A stretch of DNA of 64,000 nucleotides from Eledone cirrhosa. Taxonomy: Eukaryota. Location of the stretch: positions 72,912,001 to 72,976,000 of the forward strand of contig OZ024746.1 in assembly GCA_964016885.1 (NCBI GenBank), given 5' to 3'. The position numbers and the translations under genes are program-made. Each line of letters opens with the position of its first letter. Positions within the stretch are counted from its first letter, which is position 1. This document shows, piece by piece, positions 1 through 64,000 of this stretch. Below the pieces are notes generated by a model. That model was not told where the DNA came from, searched no databases, and was given only the letters and a program-made list of their open reading frames with translations.

Positions 1-36
1 TGTATGTAGATTTATATATATATATATATATATACA

Positions 37-83
<47 letters not shown>

Positions 84-502
84 CTACATACATACATATA
101 TACATACATACATACATTTACGTATATATATATAGTATGCATTTATACATTTGTATATATACAAGCATTTATATTTAAGTGTGTAAGGATGTTGACATGA
201 TTTATGTTTTTTTTTTTGGTAAGGAGGAAATTCTGTCTCCAGATTTTATTACCTAGGGAGATTAAATACCACAGCTCTGGCTGAAAGCTGACCAGATTCT
301 CTACCTCATCAAACACTAACGCAGGCCTGTGTGTGTACATGTGTGTGTGTTTGTATGTATGTATGTATGTATGTATCAGTGACGAAGGGTAACCTGGAAA
401 GCAGGGCATGCAGTCCAATTGACATGGCGGAAAGTGGGGCTGTGCAGCCCCCCCCAATTTCCTCTAAATGACCCTCCCGGTCAAAGCCGCATGTAGTGTT
501 AT

Positions 503-538
<36 letters not shown>

Positions 539-637
539 CTTTTCATGTGTATACGATTTAGTAAGCAGCCAAAATTCTGCTTGTTTCAACCGACGCAATT
601 GATCAACAAAAGATTCTATAACGCATGCACTGGTATG

Positions 638-669
<32 letters not shown>

Positions 670-689
670 TGTATGTATGTATGTATGTA

Positions 690-1150
690 CAAAACCTGTC
701 AAAGGGCAAAGGAGCTCTTAAGAGTCAATGGCCATCCAAAATCACCGGGAGAGATGACCCCTTAGCCTTTGTCAAGGCAGAATTCTAGAAGGAAAACTCT
801 GATATAACACCTGCAACCCTGATGGTATCCAATGATGTTGACATGTTCTTCTTTTTGGTAAATATCATCATGGTTAAGAGTGTGGGACTGGCTTTGTGCA
901 GTGCCTTTGCTCACTATAAAAGCTTCACGGCACAGGCATTGCTTTATATCTGGAGATCTCTCTGCACTTGTCGTCACATGGTACCATGGGCCCAGCACTA
1001 TGTGTCAATAATTGTCACAAGTGTAGTGTTTGTACCAGAATTTTCAAGTCCCTGGCTGGACTAAAATGTCACTCGTTCACCGCATCGGTAGGGGTTCTCC
1101 TACATGGGTATAAAGCAGTGGCCGTACTCGAAAACGAGTTGGCAGCCACC
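690..1150 (+). mobile_element. Degenerate 3' end of an RTE-type LINE
   Basis: Translates to ...CHKCSVCTRIFKSLAGLKCH, resembling the C-terminal zinc finger of RTE-clade ORF2. It is followed by a short UTR and an (ATGT)n tail. Boundaries approximate. Confidence 0.6.
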
Positions 1151-1232
1151 ATGTATGTATGTATGTATGTATGTATGTATGTATGTATGTATGTATGTAT
1201 GTATGTATGTATGTATGTATGTATGTATGTAT
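1151..1232. repeat. (ATGT)n microsatellite
   Basis: Seen directly. Confidence 0.95.
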
Positions 1233-1269
1233 GCATGTGTGTGTATGTTCGTATGTATGTATACATATA

Positions 1270-1590
1270 CACCCACACCTTTCATCACCATTGCTTCTTT
1301 TTGTTGTCATTTCTGTTGAAGTTGTTCTTGTAACTGTTGTCAAAGTTGACGTCCTTATGTCCATTTTCTTTGATTTTTTTTTTGTTTTTCTTTTATTTCC
1401 CTAGGGAATTCGTTGACAAGCTTCTTTTATTTATTTTATTCATTTTCTTCATTCAAATGCATTCACACTGGCTGTCTAAGAGACGTACAAATATGACTTA
1501 TAAAACTTACCAAACTGAAGGGGCTTCCAGCCCCCCCCCCAGCTCCAAACACCCCCTAACGCCCCCTTACTACATTGTTGAGAACCTTTG
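1270..1590 (-). mobile_element. Probable terminus of a hAT/Charlie-type DNA transposon
   Basis: The minus strand begins CAAAGGTTCTCAAC (Charlie-like TIR) immediately next to ctctagac (NTCTAGAN target), exactly where similarity to the array unit stops. The other end was not found and the left boundary is approximate. Confidence 0.4.
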
Positions 1591-2481
1591 CTCTAGACCA
1601 ACTAATTTGAGTTCACATACAAATAGCAGTTTTGGTATATTAACTGGATATTAACTAGCTGGCGGCATTAACGTGGAAGTTGTAACAGCAGCGGCGTTGG
1701 TAGCAGCATCAGCAGCAGCAGTAGTAGTAGTAGTAATCGTAGTTGTAGTAGTAGTAGTAGTAGTAGTATTGGCTGTCGTACTGGCAGTCGTAGGAGTAGA
1801 AGTATCAGCAGCAGGGGGTGGTACTAGTAATAGTAGTAGTAGTAGTAGCAACAACAGCAGCAGCAGCAATAGTACTAGTACTACTAGTACTAGTAGTAGT
1901 AGTAGTAGTAATTTAGACTAAAGGTTACATATTGTTGATTAGAACCTATGGCCAAAACTGTTATATTCGAAATTCAGTACGATCCTCATGTCCAACGGGA
2001 TAATCTCTCCTTATACCAATGTTTACGTTGCCTTAAATATCGTACGAGTACAAGGAAATTAATACGACAGATGTTGTTACGGTCTCTTAAAATGTTTTCC
2101 GTCACATGGGTCTATCGGATGTTATGGTAAATGACACACTGCCCAAGATGTCACGCCATGGGATCAAACGTGAGACAATGATAGTGAAACGAACTTCTTA
2201 ATCATTCGGCAATGCAGTGTCCACAAATCAGAACGGCAAATGAAGCCACAAATCACATGTGTTCTACATTTGGCCGTTATTTCTGGTCAAAAATCAATCC
2301 CATCATCCAACTATGAATAGATAAACCTCAATAGATCATGAACCAAAAGTCACAGTCTACATCAATTATCGATGGACGATTTCGCAGGACATTGCTAAGA
2401 AATAAAATCATTGTTTCAAATAATATTTTATCTCATGTGAAACATAATGAACTGTTTATACATAAGGGAGATAATACTTGC

Positions 2482-62347
<59,866 letters not shown>

Positions 62348-64000
62348 CTGGAGAATGGAGATAAAAATATATTAATCATGTTACTCTAGAGCAAGTAATT
62401 TGAGTTCACATACAAATAGCAGTTTTGGTATATTAACTGGATATTAGATAAAATAACCAATAAAACAAAACAAAGCGAATCAAGAATATAAGAAAAAAAT
62501 ATAAGGTGAACTAGATTACAAATTTTACTAATTAATTATTATCTTAGATTTTATGTGTTTATGTTGAACCAAGACCATTCTTTTTAATAACAAACGTGTT
62601 GTAGTCTTTTGTGTTGGACCTCCGTCGGTGGCGACAGTGAATATTGCAGTTGTTAGATTAACGGGACAGCTAGCTTTCGATATTAACGTGGAAGTGGTAA
62701 CAGCAGTGGTGTTGGTAGCAGTGGTAGTAGTAGTAGTAGTGGTAGTAGTAGTAGTAATAGTGATAGTAGTAGTAGCAGTAGTAGTAGTGGTAGTAGTAAT
62801 AGTATTTGTAGATATAGTTAGTAGTAGTAGTAGTAGTACTGGGTGTTGCAGTAGTAGCAGTATCAGCAGCAGCAGCAGCAGCAGCAATAGTAGTTGTAAT
62901 CATAGTAATAGTAGTAGTATTAGTACAAGTAGGAGTAGTACTATTTGTAGTAGTAGTAGTAATAATAGTTTAGACTAAAGGTTAGATTTTGTTGATTAGA
63001 ATCTATGACCAAAGTCTTTCCGATCATGACCATCTCTTCAGGTTTCCAAGGTCAGTGTATCAAGTACGATAAACTGTGATTCGAAGTGTGTTTTGCTGCT
63101 ATTTCTAGCAGGTAGTCCGACCACACAGAAGCTCCATCACAGGCTCATGTGGTCAGTTGTTTTACAATGTATATCTTTTACATATTTTTGAGCCAATTGA
63201 ATCGGAACTGAGCAGTGCAAGTGAATTCTGGGTAGCCAATTGTGGTGGAACATAGAGGTCTGTCACTGTCAGTTAGACATACCAATGTTACTAAGGGAAT
63301 AGGAAGTTCCATTATTTCAGTCAGATACACTTCTAATAATTCTGGAGAGACAATCATAGATAGATAGATAGATAGTGAGAGAAAGAGGGAGAGAGAAAGA
63401 GAGAGGGAGAGAGAGAAGGGGTGAGTAATTGAGAGCGAGAGAGGAGATACATAGATAGATAGTTAGAAAGTGAATGATAGAGGGAGGGAGAGAGAGAGAG
63501 AGACAGAGAGAGAGAAAATGAGAGTGAGGGAGATTGAGAAAGATAGATAGAAATGTAAATATTGATTTTTTATTTTGCGCTAATTTGATTGGATCCAAAC
63601 CAATAAATTAGTGACCATAACAACATAAATATATCCATAACAACGGTAGATTGGCAGTATTGGTAGGGAGTCGGACAACATGCTTTAAGGCATATAGTTA
63701 CGTCCCTTTACGTTCTGAGTTCAAATACCACCGAGGCTAGCTTTGCCACAATGTCGCTGTGAAGTAGAAATCCCGCTGAGGTCAGCTTTCTCCTTTATCC
63801 TTCTCAGTGGTCAATGAAATAATTGCCAGTTATGTGTTGTGTGTCAATCTAATCGAATACATTAAATCTCCAAATCTCTGGAATTGTTTTTAGAGAAGAA
63901 GTCATTATTTTTTTATAACAGAAATATAAAAGGTCAAGTTAAACTCAATGGGGTTTGAACTCGGTACGGAGAAAGAAGAAACTATACTAATAGTCACTTA

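Noticed and set aside
1453-1475. Candidate terminal exon after B1 (ctcttag|AC AGC CAG TGT GAA TGC ATT TGA = DSQCECI-stop) followed by AATAAA motifs
   Set aside because: The phase fits, but the acceptor is weak and the segment appears to lie inside a probable hAT element. It cannot be supported without transcripts.

Overview
AT-rich, microsatellite-dense animal genomic DNA. The tRNA-derived SINE family and the repeat landscape point to an octopod cephalopod (inference). Most of the window is a tandem array of 13 complete, related units of about 3-10 kb (mostly 4-5 kb), with partial units at both edges. The recurring ORFs in the track are mostly by-products of this duplication. Reading the minus strand shows that each unit carries two microexons that the ORF track misses. 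Exon A is 28 nt (phase 1 to 2) and exon B is 35 or 32 nt (phase 2 to 1), with AG acceptors and GT donors (one GC). All 26 exons splice into one uninterrupted 810-nt frame encoding 13 copies of a 20-21 aa Cys-x11-Cys-x7/8 repeat (consensus GCSKITDATKKEECLQKVVQD). The cysteines and frame are invariant, while other residues differ even between units whose introns are nearly identical. I do not recognise the protein, and its start and probably its end lie outside the window. The introns hold Penelope-like GIY-YIG retroelement fragments (one with a long inverted arm, two with a hammerhead-like motif), non-autonomous Helitrons with filled and empty sites, SINEs and microsatellites. An RTE LINE tail and a probable hAT end lie left of the last exon.
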